A DNA stretch of 64,000 nucleotides from Candidatus Latescibacterota bacterium (lineage in GTDB: Bacteria; Latescibacterota; UBA2968). This document shows, one piece after another, positions 1 through 10,023 of this stretch (position 1 is its first letter; each line of letters begins with the position of its first letter). The notes below the pieces were generated by a model that saw only the letters and a list, made by a program, of their open reading frames with translations, ran no database searches and was not told the DNA's origin. The DNA lies in assembly GCA_965204745.1 (NCBI GenBank), contig OZ242010.1, positions 5,376,001 to 5,440,000 on the forward strand. Direction: 5' to 3'. Made by a program: the position numbers and the translations under genes.

Positions 1-40
1 GCCAGAAGCGACCCCAGTGATGCAATCCGCCGATGCATGA
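1..40 (+). repeat. 40-bp direct repeat identical to 576-615 (3' end of an upstream gene or paralog)
   Basis: GCCAGAAGCG...CGATGCATGA at 1-40 equals 576-615 and ends in the same TGA; the repeat may extend left of the window. Confidence 0.9.
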
Positions 41-105
41 TGGTCGTGTGAACACCGCTAAAACGCGCTTACAATGGCCCTGCGGTCACTTCAAAGGAGG
101 AAGTC

Positions 106-615
106 ATGACAACGAGACTTTTGGTCGTATTCGTTTTGGTATTGTTTTCAGGTGTTGCTTTTGGTGCTTCACCTAATCCGAGTGTTGAAGAAAGATTGGC
201 GATACTTGAAACGACAATGAAACTTCAATTTGATGCCTTGAGCAAACAGATTGAAGCCAATCGCCAGTCCACACTCAAGTTGATAGAAGTCAGCAATGAA
301 GCAACGAACAAGCGGATCGATGCCAGCAATGAAGCAACGAACAAGCGGATTGATGCCTTGAGCAAGCAGATCGAAGCGAATCATCAATCCACACTCAAGT
401 TGATTGAAGTCACCAATGAAGCAACGAACAAGCGGATCGATACCTTGAATAATTGGGGGATTGCGCTATTCGCGGGTGTCTTGGCGTGGACTGGGGTTTT
501 CATAACCCATGCGTTGGGGTTTTGGGGCGTTTCTAAACGCGACAACGCTGTGACAACGCCAACAGACGCCGATAGGCCAGAAGCGACCCCAGTGATGCAA
601 TCCGCCGATGCATGA
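106..615 (+). CDS. Membrane-anchored coiled-coil repeat protein
   Basis: SD AAAGGAGG; N-terminal signal peptide; 11-aa (SNEATNKRIDA) and 40-aa internal repeats; C-terminal hydrophobic helix. Confidence 0.8.
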   Translation: MTTRLLVVFVLVLFSGVAFGASPNPSVEERLAILETTMKLQFDALSKQIEANRQSTLKLIEVSNEATNKRIDASNEATNKRIDALSKQIEANHQSTLKLIEVTNEATNKRIDTLNNWGIALFAGVLAWTGVFITHALGFWGVSKRDNAVTTPTDADRPEATPVMQSADA

Positions 616-625
616 GGGTTACGCC

Positions 626-1882
626 ATGTTTTTGCGATCAACCAAAATTCTCGTCGCACTCTTGATCTTCGCACTCCCATCCACATGGGCTGCTAACACC
701 AAAGATCTCCTCGACGCAGATCGCTTGGGCAAGCACCTCAAAGCCACGGGCGAACAAAAAGCACACATCGCCACGCATATCGCCGCGCTTCGCAACATCG
801 TAACCGCGTACCAAACCGAACGCGCCCGCCGAACCAACGAAGCCCTGTTGTGGCAGGGGCACATCCCCAAGCTCAAAGACCTGAAAAGCCTCCGCAACAG
901 TGCCAATGACAGTGCTAGTGCCGTGTTTGACGTGCTCAAGACCGCGCTCGACAACGAGCAAATTGAACGCTTGGACAAACTCATCGGCAAAGGCGATGTC
1001 TTTGCCATTCCCATCGCCTATCATCCCTATCATCACGTCCAGAACTCCCCGCTTTTTCCCGAGTTTTCGGGCGAGAAAACCGCGTACAAACTCACCTTGC
1101 CCTCGGCCCCCGATCCGGCCAACACATGGACGTATGCCCAGTTGCTCAAAATTTGGACCGTGCGGAACTTCATGCCCGCGGTGCGCCCCATCGACGACTT
1201 GCAACACGCGCCGAGCATTGCCGCGCATCCGGATCTGCAAACCCGCGAAGTATCGGTTTCGGACCGGTATCGCCTCGTGCGCTCTCCGTTGCTCATTTCA
1301 GCCACCCTGTACGCGCCGGATTTGATGCGTTCGGAATTTGACATGTTGCAAACCCATCACAGCGCAGACGGCATTTCCACCCGGTCCTGGGACGACTACG
1401 CCGCGCAAAACCGCCTCGACAGCGATATTCAAATCCGCTTAAAATTCAACACCATTTACGACAAAGCGTACCTCGACCTCAACCGCTGGACCATCTATCT
1501 GCAAGACAGCGAAGAAATCGGGTATGAGCCCAACAAAATTGAGGAACGGGCATTTTATCCGCTCGAGGCACTCAAAGTTTCCGTGCCGGGCAGGGAAATC
1601 GAAGTCACCGATGTCTTTGGCACGTACATCTCGCCCACTTATACGCCCGGGGAAAAAGCGCGCTATTTCGCAGAACCGCCCACGCAGATGACCTACTTGG
1701 GCAACGAGAAATTGCTCGTCCTGTATTTCCCGGCGCGAACCGTCATGAAAACCCCGGTGGTTTCACACGAGACCGAGTACCTCAAACTCATCGTCCAGTC
1801 CCACGAAACCGATTTCGGGCGCAGTGAACTCGTGTGGGCGTTCAAAAAACCCAAATCAAAAACGCGCCCGCCCAAGGATTAA
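626..1882 (+). CDS. Exported hypothetical protein
   Basis: Long ORF (track start 608); signal-peptide-like MFLRSTKILVALLIFALPSTWA; 4 bp from the next gene. Confidence 0.75.
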   Translation: MFLRSTKILVALLIFALPSTWAANTKDLLDADRLGKHLKATGEQKAHIATHIAALRNIVTAYQTERARRTNEALLWQGHIPKLKDLKSLRNSANDSASAVFDVLKTALDNEQIERLDKLIGKGDVFAIPIAYHPYHHVQNSPLFPEFSGEKTAYKLTLPSAPDPANTWTYAQLLKIWTVRNFMPAVRPIDDLQHAPSIAAHPDLQTREVSVSDRYRLVRSPLLISATLYAPDLMRSEFDMLQTHHSADGISTRSWDDYAAQNRLDSDIQIRLKFNTIYDKAYLDLNRWTIYLQDSEEIGYEPNKIEERAFYPLEALKVSVPGREIEVTDVFGTYISPTYTPGEKARYFAEPPTQMTYLGNEKLLVLYFPARTVMKTPVVSHETEYLKLIVQSHETDFGRSELVWAFKKPKSKTRPPKD

Positions 1883-1886
1883 CACC

Positions 1887-3794
1887 ATGCGTTACCCATT
1901 CATGCTTTTGCTCGCCTTGCTCCTCGCGGGTTGCGTGAGCGCGCAACAACCGCAAATTGCCCTGCGTGCGGTCCCCTCGCCCAAAACATCGCCCGATCCC
2001 CACGCGGTCACGCACTTCTTGCGCGCGCGATTCGCCGAGTCCACAGGGCAGCGCGATGTGGCGATTCGGGAATTGAAAGCCGCCGTGCACTACGACTCGA
2101 CCTCGGCTACGCTCTACGGCGCGCTCGCGCGCAATCTCAACGCGGTTCGGCGATTTCGGGACGCGCTCGACCCCGCTCGCCGCGCAGTTCGCCTGGATCC
2201 GAAAAACGTGCAAAACCGCTGGCTGTACTATCGCGCCCTCAGCCGCGGCGTGCGAGACACCGCCGCGGCTATCGGCCAGTTAAACGCCATAGCACGCCTC
2301 GCGCCCGCAGACCTCACGGCCCATCATCACCTGCTCCAAATTTACAGCGCGCGCGGGCAACGCGCCCAGGCCATCGCCGTGCTCGACAGCATCGTCGCCA
2401 GCGCGGATCGCGATGCGCGCACAAAGCTCTTTGTTGCCGAGAACTACCACCGCCAGCACGCCTTTGACAAAGCAGCACACCTCTACGCCGAACTCCTCAC
2501 AACCGAACCGCTCAACGCGGACCTCCATTTTAAGCTGGGCATCACGAATCTCGCTCGGGCAGATACCCTGACCGCCGAGCAGAGTTTCCGACACATTCTC
2601 ACGGGGCAGGATTACGCCGTCACCAAACAAACCGTTCCGGTTTGGGTGCAACTGGTACACATCTACAGCCGCGAAAACCACCTCAATCGCCTCCTCGCGG
2701 AACCCCCAAGAGATGCGCGTTTGATCAATCGGCTAGGCCAAGTGCTCATCCGCATGACCAGAGGGCGGCACGAGCACGCCGAGAAAATGCGCTTTGCCAG
2801 CATGGCCGAGCGCGTCTTGGATCACCAGTTGCAAAGCGACCCCGAAAACCAGACCTTGCTGGGCGCGAAAGCCCGCTTTCTCCTCGATGCCAACCGAACC
2901 GCAGACGCGCGCAAAACCTATCGCCTCGCCAACTTGCAGGGGGAAAAAACCGAATACCACTTGGGCATCGCCCATTCGTATCGCCTCGAGGAAAACTGGG
3001 CGAGCGCGCAACAAATTTTGGAAAAACTCTATCGGGACGCACAGCCCAAAGACGAGCACTACGATCAGATCGCGTTTGACCTGGCCCGCGTTCATCTGCG
3101 CCAAAACCAAATCGCCCCCGCACGCGCTGTCTATCGGCAAGCCCTTGACGCCAAGCCCGAACACGCGGGTTTTCGCTACGAGCTCGCACGCACCCACCTC
3201 TTCGACCGCAACTGGGAAAACGCCATTCCCCTGCTCGAGCCCCTGGTCGACGACACCGAAGACAACCCCGCATTTCTCGAGGCCGTGCTTTTTGATCTGG
3301 CGCGCAGTCTGGAAAGATCTGGGCACTACGAGCGCGCGGTTGAAATTTTCCAACGCCTCTTGGTGCTCAACGAGGAGCACGCAGAGGCCAGCAACTACTT
3401 GGGCTACATGCTCGCCGAGCGCGGTGAACGCCTCGCCGAAGCCAAAAAACTGATTGAACGCGCCCTGAAAATCGACCCGGAAAACGGCGCGTACCTCGAC
3501 AGCCTCGGCTGGGTGTATTACCAACTCGAGCAGTACGGCGATGCCGCGCGCTGGCTCGACCGCGCCCTCGCCGTCGAAGAAGAAGCCCTGCGCCGCGCCG
3601 ATCCCAATTCCCCCACAGTGGCGGGACTGCGCGAAAACCTCGCGGTCATTTATGAACACGCGGGCGACGCGGCAAAAAAATTAGGCGACCTCGCCCGTGC
3701 AAGCCGCCACTATGAACGCGCCTTGGAATTTGATCCCGACAACCAAACCCTGCGGGAAAAATTCAAAAACCTCGCCAAAGACGGTTCACCATGA
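1887..3794 (+). CDS. TPR-repeat lipoprotein
   Basis: Lipobox LLAGC; many TPR motifs including NYLGY and AYLDSLGWVYY. Confidence 0.9.
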   Translation: MRYPFMLLLALLLAGCVSAQQPQIALRAVPSPKTSPDPHAVTHFLRARFAESTGQRDVAIRELKAAVHYDSTSATLYGALARNLNAVRRFRDALDPARRAVRLDPKNVQNRWLYYRALSRGVRDTAAAIGQLNAIARLAPADLTAHHHLLQIYSARGQRAQAIAVLDSIVASADRDARTKLFVAENYHRQHAFDKAAHLYAELLTTEPLNADLHFKLGITNLARADTLTAEQSFRHILTGQDYAVTKQTVPVWVQLVHIYSRENHLNRLLAEPPRDARLINRLGQVLIRMTRGRHEHAEKMRFASMAERVLDHQLQSDPENQTLLGAKARFLLDANRTADARKTYRLANLQGEKTEYHLGIAHSYRLEENWASAQQILEKLYRDAQPKDEHYDQIAFDLARVHLRQNQIAPARAVYRQALDAKPEHAGFRYELARTHLFDRNWENAIPLLEPLVDDTEDNPAFLEAVLFDLARSLERSGHYERAVEIFQRLLVLNEEHAEASNYLGYMLAERGERLAEAKKLIERALKIDPENGAYLDSLGWVYYQLEQYGDAARWLDRALAVEEEALRRADPNSPTVAGLRENLAVIYEHAGDAAKKLGDLARASRHYERALEFDPDNQTLREKFKNLAKDGSP

Positions 3795-4618
3795 ATTTGA
3801 TCACCACCATGAACGACGCCCTTTGCTGCTCTCCTTTGGGATCGCGGCAAAGGGCTTTTTTGTATTGCGCGGTCTTGTTCGCACTCGGCGGCTGCATAAC
3901 CCATCGCCCCGCGTTGCCCACCCTGCCGCCAGTCGCGTCTGCAACCGAATATCTGCGCCTCGTCGCAGCGCGCTACGACAGCTTGCGCGATCACGAAGTC
4001 CGCGCCACCGTCGATCTCACCATCGACGGGGTGCGAGAGCGCAGGGCACGCGCCCTTGTGCGCCACCGCCTGCCTTCCGATTTCAAGCTAGTGGTCGGCG
4101 GCTTCGGATACGTGGTCATGGCCGCCCGCGCCCAGGCCGATACGCTCTACGTTCACTTGCCTCGGCAGAATCATTACCTCGTCGGCCAGCCCGAAGCCGT
4201 GCTCCACGCGCTCACCGGCGTCGATCTGTCGCATTACGCGGTTGACCGCGCCATTCTGGGTCTGCCCAATTTTTCGCCTTTAGACATTGCCCGGGCCACG
4301 CGCTTTGACCCCGGGCGGGAACACATCTTCCTCGAATTTCACGCCCCCCGCTATTTGCACCGCCTTTGGATAGAAGCCCGCACCGGTCTTCTGCGCGAGG
4401 AAAAGGTCTATGACGTCGATGGACGCCTCGTATCCGCCCGCCGCCTGTCTGATTACCGCATGGAAAACGGCTTTGCCCTGCCGCGACACATCGAAATCCA
4501 GCAAGGCCGAGATGTCATTCTCATCCAAGTCGAATCGCGCGCCATCAACGCTGGCCTCTCCGACAAAGACTTCGCCCTCCCCATACCCAAAGACGCCACC
4601 CGCCATGAGATACGTTAG
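3791..4618 (+). CDS. DUF4292 / LolA-LolB-like lipoprotein
   Basis: Lipobox-like LGGC; C-terminal SDYR..GFALPRHIEI..IN.GLSD..F.L.IP; ATGA overlap with the TPR gene. Confidence 0.7.
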   Translation: MNLITTMNDALCCSPLGSRQRAFLYCAVLFALGGCITHRPALPTLPPVASATEYLRLVAARYDSLRDHEVRATVDLTIDGVRERRARALVRHRLPSDFKLVVGGFGYVVMAARAQADTLYVHLPRQNHYLVGQPEAVLHALTGVDLSHYAVDRAILGLPNFSPLDIARATRFDPGREHIFLEFHAPRYLHRLWIEARTGLLREEKVYDVDGRLVSARRLSDYRMENGFALPRHIEIQQGRDVILIQVESRAINAGLSDKDFALPIPKDATRHEIR

Positions 4619-4623
4619 CCTCA

Positions 4624-4682
4624 AGTTGTCAGTTGTCAGTTGTCAGTTGTCAGTTGTCAGTGGTCAGTAGTCAGTAGTCAGT
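4624..4682. repeat. Heptamer tandem repeat (AGTTGTC/AGTAGTC)n
   Basis: About 8 degenerate 7-bp units immediately after the stop codon, between convergent genes. Confidence 0.9.
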
Positions 4683-4813
4683 CCCCGCACCGCCCTTCCG
4701 CAAGTGAGACGTAAGATAAGCCCCACACCAAGCCTCAAGCGGTCAGTGGAGTCCCTCACCCCCCATCATCCGTAGGGCAGTGGCTACTGAATTAAAGCGC
4801 AGGCCCGCGCCAA

Positions 4814-7405
4814 TTATTCCTCGCGCAATGTGTTCTGGCTGATGGTGGGGCCGAAGAATAGGGCATTGGCAAAGAGCTTTTGCGTGCCGTACCAATAGGC
4901 GCGGAAATTGGGGTTATCCAACATGAGAATGACGCGCCCATCGCCTTGCTTGTCCACGCGCACCGATGCGGATTCGGCGATATAATCGCGGTTTTGATCC
5001 GATATATAACCCGCGAGCAAGGGCTGTCGGGCGTATTGCAATGGCGTGGCGTAGGGGCTTGTTGCGGGTTGGAGGAAAAGCGTGCCGCGCCGAAAGACCG
5101 GCAGGCTGTTTTTCCCATACCCATACGCGAGGGGATGCGTGCGGTCGAGTTGCACCCGGAAAATTGCCCCGCCGATGAGTCGCGCCCCGCGATCCCCTGC
5201 CGCGTCGAGATAGGCTTTGCGTTCCCTGCGAAAGTCTCGGTCTTGCGCGATGAATTGGGCACGGGCGAGTTCGTGGCTGATGGCCCAGCGAACCGCGCCG
5301 TTTAGGGCGACGAGCGTATTCCCCCGCCGCACCCACTGTTTCAGGGTTTCAACACCCGTGGAGTCCAAGTTCGAATAAGAGCCACCTGCTGCGATGATCA
5401 CATTGTACCGGTCGAGGTCCATATCGCGCACCTGCCCGGCATCGACGAGGCTGACGGTCATATCGTAGCGTTGGTCCAAGAGATGCCACACTTCCCCGGC
5501 GGTGTACGCATTCGCGCCATTGCCAATTAAAAGGGCGACTTGCGGCATTTTGAGCGGGACAAAGCCAGGGCTGCCCAGATCGATGCCGCTGTTGACCCGC
5601 CCGGTGGAAACGGCGAATACGTCGAGTGCGTCTTCGCGGGCAATGGTCTGCATGAGGGTGCGGATCGCATGGGGATCGGTTTGTTGAATGCCCACCGGGA
5701 TGAGAATGCTGCCGTAGTCAAACAAGCGCGCATCGCCCGCAGCTGCCCCGGAAGGCGCCATGCGAAACTGCCGCGAAGCCACTTTGGCCCGCACGCCGGC
5801 TTTTTGCAGGCGATACAGCGCGCGGGGCGCGTAATACCCACGCCATTCAAACAGGTAGGCATACGGCATGGGCGCGTCAGACAGGCGTCCTGCGGGAAAT
5901 GTGCTGGCGGGCAACAAGCCGCCGATAAATTCCTGAGATGAGGACTTGAGTTCGGCCGTGGGCATGTTAAATGCCAACGGCAATGTCCAAGCTGAAACAT
6001 CGTAAAACGAGCTGTCCGAAAAATTCATCCGGCGTTCAAACATGCCGGTGAGCAACCGGTATTGCGGTTGCGCGGTCGGGATGATATAGGCCGAGCCGGG
6101 CGCGAATGTCTGATTGCCCACGCGAATGGGCCGCGCGAGGTCGTAGATCCGGATGCGATGCCGCTGGATCAGGTCGAGAAAATGATGCGTGCGCGCAGGG
6201 TCTTGCGGGTCCCCAAAAACATAAGCTTTGACCTCGGCGCGCTGCGCTTCTCGCTGCGCGGAAAGATAGAAGTCGCGCTGATGCGACAGCAATGCCACGC
6301 GCAGTTCCCGTGCGGCGCGGAGGGTCGAAAGGGAGGTCCTGACGTGATTGCGGATGGCAAAGGGAAACGAGAGTTGCCCGTGAGCGCTGTCCTGCACAAA
6401 GCCGCGCGCGCTGGCCTGTTCCAACAACATGCCCACGCCGCCATTGAGATCCGGATAGGTCGATCCCTTGCCGATGTAAAAATCGTCGAAGGACTCCCGC
6501 GTAAAATAAAGGCTGCCGATTTGGTTGAGCGCGTCGGCGTGGCGTTGGGCGATCTCCGCCGTGAGTCGATAGGTGCGCGCCGGGGTGAGCGGGTTGTTGC
6601 GCGAGGGAATGCCCGGAGAAAAAAAGAACGTGGACTGCGTGTTCATCTCGTGGTGATCCGCGAGCACATTGGGTTTCCAGGCGTGGTAGATCTCGATCCG
6701 CCCCCGGCTTTCGGGTTGTTGCAACCCCAGCCAGTCGCGGTTGAGATCAAACCAATAGTGGTTGGTGCGGCCGCTCGGCCAGACTTCGCGGTGCTCTCGG
6801 TGTTGGGGATCCGCAACGAGGTGTTTGCCGCGGTGGGTATTGGCCCAGTGTGCAAACCGGCTGAAGCCATCCGGGTTCAACACCGGGTCGAGCAAGACGA
6901 TGGCATTGGCGAGGAGGCTGTCGATGGCAGCCCCTTGGGCCGCGGCCAAGTGATAGGCCACCACGGGCGCGGCATTGCCACCGCTGGCTTCGTTCCCGTG
7001 GATGCTGTATCCCATATACGCGACCACGGGCATGGCGTCGATGTCGAGCGCGGGCGATTGATCTGGATCCGCGAGTTGCTGGTGTTGCGTCTGTATCGCG
7101 GCGAGGTTCTGGTGGTTTTCCGGCGACGTGATGGTGAGCACAACCAAGGGCCGTTTCTGATGCGTTTGCGCGTATTCCGCGATGGCAACGCGCTTTGAGT
7201 GCCGCGCCAAGGCGTGCATGTAGCTCACGATGAGATCGTGCCTGAGATGCCAGTCCCCAATTTGAAATCCAAAAAATGCTTCGGGTGTGGGAATCCCGGG
7301 ATCATAAGTCACCTCGTCAGGCAAGTAATAGGCGAGATCAACGCGAGCAGCAACCGGGAGACTCAGGCCGATCCAAGCGATGAGGACGACAGATAAGCGC
7401 GTCAT
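4814..7405 (-). CDS. M14 zinc carboxypeptidase family protein
   Basis: SIHGNE, NPDG, DLNRD and DHHEM motifs; signal peptide from MTRLSVV. Confidence 0.9.
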   Translation of the reverse strand: MTRLSVVLIAWIGLSLPVAARVDLAYYLPDEVTYDPGIPTPEAFFGFQIGDWHLRHDLIVSYMHALARHSKRVAIAEYAQTHQKRPLVVLTITSPENHQNLAAIQTQHQQLADPDQSPALDIDAMPVVAYMGYSIHGNEASGGNAAPVVAYHLAAAQGAAIDSLLANAIVLLDPVLNPDGFSRFAHWANTHRGKHLVADPQHREHREVWPSGRTNHYWFDLNRDWLGLQQPESRGRIEIYHAWKPNVLADHHEMNTQSTFFFSPGIPSRNNPLTPARTYRLTAEIAQRHADALNQIGSLYFTRESFDDFYIGKGSTYPDLNGGVGMLLEQASARGFVQDSAHGQLSFPFAIRNHVRTSLSTLRAARELRVALLSHQRDFYLSAQREAQRAEVKAYVFGDPQDPARTHHFLDLIQRHRIRIYDLARPIRVGNQTFAPGSAYIIPTAQPQYRLLTGMFERRMNFSDSSFYDVSAWTLPLAFNMPTAELKSSSQEFIGGLLPASTFPAGRLSDAPMPYAYLFEWRGYYAPRALYRLQKAGVRAKVASRQFRMAPSGAAAGDARLFDYGSILIPVGIQQTDPHAIRTLMQTIAREDALDVFAVSTGRVNSGIDLGSPGFVPLKMPQVALLIGNGANAYTAGEVWHLLDQRYDMTVSLVDAGQVRDMDLDRYNVIIAAGGSYSNLDSTGVETLKQWVRRGNTLVALNGAVRWAISHELARAQFIAQDRDFRRERKAYLDAAGDRGARLIGGAIFRVQLDRTHPLAYGYGKNSLPVFRRGTLFLQPATSPYATPLQYARQPLLAGYISDQNRDYIAESASVRVDKQGDGRVILMLDNPNFRAYWYGTQKLFANALFFGPTISQNTLREE

Positions 7406-7769
7406 GTGAGTTCCTCGTTGTGTCGTGAGCGGGCATGTCACCCCGCGTGCCCAGAAGGTTTGCAGGACTAACAATGAAACAACTATCCCAAAAAGTCAAA
7501 TGGGAACAGCGACAGATCAAAAAATAATAAATTGCATCAAATGCAAACTTTTCTATTTTTTTGAAATATTTTGTTATCCCCTGCATCTGCGTTGTGTAAC
7601 CTAATAGCCAAAGCGTTTTTTGCGACTTCTGCTTTTACACCGCTTGTGGCTAAGGCTTTGGCTTACAACCACAGGCGATTTTTTTTGTTTCTGGGAACGA
7701 CGCTCAAAGGCACTCTTGGCGCAAAGACAAGAGATGAACGGTTAGAGCGAAAAACCAGAGGGACTCGTA

Positions 7770-9242
7770 ATGGGAAAGGAGAATGCCGTGAAAGAAGAAC
7801 GCATGAAAATCCTCGAAATGCTTCAAGATGGGAAAATCACCGCAGAAGAGGCGATGAAATTGCTCGAAGCCCTCGGGGATGCCGCAGAAGAGCCGCAACG
7901 CCAAACCCGGCGGCGTCAACGCCAGCGCAATCGCCAAGGGGGCGCGGGCATTCAGGAAGAAGTGCAAGAGCGCGTTCAGGAGGCGCGAGAAACCCTGCGC
8001 GCATCGATGCCCAAGGTCAAAAACGCCGTGCGCGAGGCCATGCCCGACGTGGGCAACATCATCCAAGAGGCGATGCAAACCGCATCCGATGCCTTTTCGG
8101 AATGGACGGAAAAGAGCGATAGGCAACCCCCAAAAAAAGCGGTTCGCCAACTCGTCGAAACGATTCAGGCCTCTGATCGCCTGTCTATCGCCACGCCAAA
8201 AGGCCACGTCGCGTCCGAGATTTGGGATCGCGACGAGGTGCAAGTCGAGGCGACCATCTCGGTTTGGGGCACGGAGGAACCCGCTGTGAACGCCTTTGCC
8301 GAGCAAATTGATATTCACATCCAACGCGAATCCGGCAAGGTGCAAATCCGCCCCCGCGTGCCCAAACGGGAACGAGACGACCCCGTGCGATCCGTGCGTA
8401 TTGACTTCGAGTTGCGCCATCCCAAAAAAGTCGATCTCGCTGTGCGGGCCGCGCACGGAAATATCACCCTGCCCGAAATTGATGGCGCGGCAACCCTGAA
8501 CAATCACCGCGGCAAAACGATCTTTGAAGGCGCGTCTGGCAATGTGCGGATCAAACAGCACCGCGGCGACATCGCGGTTCAACGGGCCGGGGGCGATTTG
8601 TCCCTTGACGCGCACCGCAGCGAGATGCGCGTCGGCACCGCAACCGGTTCAGTGACCGTACACGCGCATCACGGCGCGCTCGCCATCGATCATGTCGGCG
8701 GCGAGTTTCTCGCGGAAAACAGGCGCGGTTCGATCAAAGCGGACCGGGTCGACGGCCGTGCGGTTGTGAAAAACAGACGCGGCGACATCGCGCTTCGCAA
8801 TGTGGGAAGCGAGGTTGCCGTGGAAAACGGGCGCGGCGCAACGCACCTCGAAAATATCGCAGGGCCGATCAGCCTGCGCGTGGATCGCGGGGACATCGCA
8901 ATTGAAAATCCCGAAGCCGGTGTGGCGATCCAAAGTCGCGGCGGGCGCGTTGCCGTGCGGGCACACAAACCCATCGATGGCGATTATGCGATCCAAAACA
9001 ACCAGGGCGCCATTGAACTCGCCATCCCCGAGGGGTCGGCGGTCGATGTTCACGGTTATGTCGGGCGCGGGCAGATCAAAACCGACCTGCCCCTGTCCGT
9101 GACCGATACCTCGCGCACCTCACAGGTCGTCTCGGGCCGCCTCAATGGCGGCGGGTCCAAAATTGCCCTTGAGCTCAATCAGGGCAATCTGATCTTGCGT
9201 TCAGATGAAGGGATTGAGAGAGGAGACGAGGCGAAAAGGTAA
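7770..9242 (+). CDS. DUF4097 beta-strand repeat protein with SHOCT-like N-terminus (LiaX/YvlB-like)
   Basis: EERMKILEMLQDGKITAEEAMKLLEAL followed by repeated RGDI/HGAL beta motifs; ends G.LNGGG..I.L....G.L. Confidence 0.85.
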   Translation: MGKENAVKEERMKILEMLQDGKITAEEAMKLLEALGDAAEEPQRQTRRRQRQRNRQGGAGIQEEVQERVQEARETLRASMPKVKNAVREAMPDVGNIIQEAMQTASDAFSEWTEKSDRQPPKKAVRQLVETIQASDRLSIATPKGHVASEIWDRDEVQVEATISVWGTEEPAVNAFAEQIDIHIQRESGKVQIRPRVPKRERDDPVRSVRIDFELRHPKKVDLAVRAAHGNITLPEIDGAATLNNHRGKTIFEGASGNVRIKQHRGDIAVQRAGGDLSLDAHRSEMRVGTATGSVTVHAHHGALAIDHVGGEFLAENRRGSIKADRVDGRAVVKNRRGDIALRNVGSEVAVENGRGATHLENIAGPISLRVDRGDIAIENPEAGVAIQSRGGRVAVRAHKPIDGDYAIQNNQGAIELAIPEGSAVDVHGYVGRGQIKTDLPLSVTDTSRTSQVVSGRLNGGGSKIALELNQGNLILRSDEGIERGDEAKR

Positions 9243-9441
9243 CGCAATCACGGATAACCACCGATAAAACAAAGCCACCCCCTATTTTCCGAGAAGGAGA
9301 ATAGGGGGTGATTTCGTCGGTCTGTGGCTCGTCTCTGCCCACCTCCGCCGCCCGTGCGGCCTCGCCGCCCATCCGTGTCTGAATCGCAGATTAAACGGAT
9401 TAGGGGATTGCGCGGATTACCACCCACCGCCCTACCGCAAA

Positions 9442-9672
9442 ACCTATCCCCCCGGCCCCCTTTCCTACGAGGAAAGGGGGAGCGCATGGCTTTCTTGAAG
9501 GGTTGTATCCAGGGCTGTTTTGATGGCTTTGAGCGAATGGATCACGCCATGAAAATCCAAAAACCCTTACACACAATCCCTCGCAAAACCTCTCGCCATT
9601 CCCCCTTCCTCGCAGGCACAGGCGTAGCCTACAACGAAGCGAAGCGAGTAACGGGGCCAGGGGGTAGGTCCC
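9442..9672 (-). mobile_element. MITE/REP-doublet-like element, family A (copy 1)
   Basis: Inverted ends ACCTATCCCCCCGGCCCC...GGGGCCAGGGGGTAGGTCCC; reverse-complement match to 37951-38137 and 31446-31669. Confidence 0.8.
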
Positions 9673-9721
9673 CCTCGCACGCCTTCTCGCTTGACCACCG
9701 ATCCCATCGTCATTTTACCGC

Positions 9722-9750
9722 TTGACAAACAATAGCGTAATTTTTAATTT
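9722..9750 (+). promoter_or_regulatory. Putative sigma70 promoter for the leader ORF and giant gene
   Basis: TTGACA at 9722-9727, 17-bp spacer, TAATTT at 9745-9750. Confidence 0.55.
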
Positions 9751-9834
9751 TTCACCCATTCACCATTGCGATTTTGAGCGCGAAGGAAAAGCCGCGCCCG
9801 GTCTGCGCGACAGCTTTTGCAAAGGAGGCTCCAG

Positions 9835-10023
9835 ATGATTACCGCCATTTTCAGCCGCTGTTTGAACCTCATTTGGTCCTATGTTTCCACCGTGAAAACT
9901 GACGTTCATATCGCCCATTCTCGTCTTGGTGTGTGCTTCTATTTTATTGCGAAACAGTCCGTTAGGCTGATCAGTACAGCCCCCCCCCCCCCCCCCCCCC
10001 CCTCGAGAAGAGAGTCAAAATGA
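9835..10023 (+). CDS. 62-aa leader ORF containing a poly-C tract, coupled to the giant gene
   Basis: Strong SD AAAGGAGG at 9821-9828; ATG at 9835; TGA overlaps the giant gene ATG (ATGA 10020-10023). Confidence 0.6.
   Translation: MITAIFSRCLNLIWSYVSTVKTDVHIAHSRLGVCFYFIAKQSVRLISTAPPPPPPPSRRESK
9980..10002 (+). repeat. C23 homopolymer, candidate phase-variation tract
   Basis: 23 consecutive C ending 17 nt before the ATG of the giant gene. Confidence 0.9.

Noticed and set aside
9771-9820. Known riboswitch upstream of the leader ORF
   Set aside because: Only a single hairpin is visible; no aptamer consensus recognised by eye (an Rfam scan is needed)
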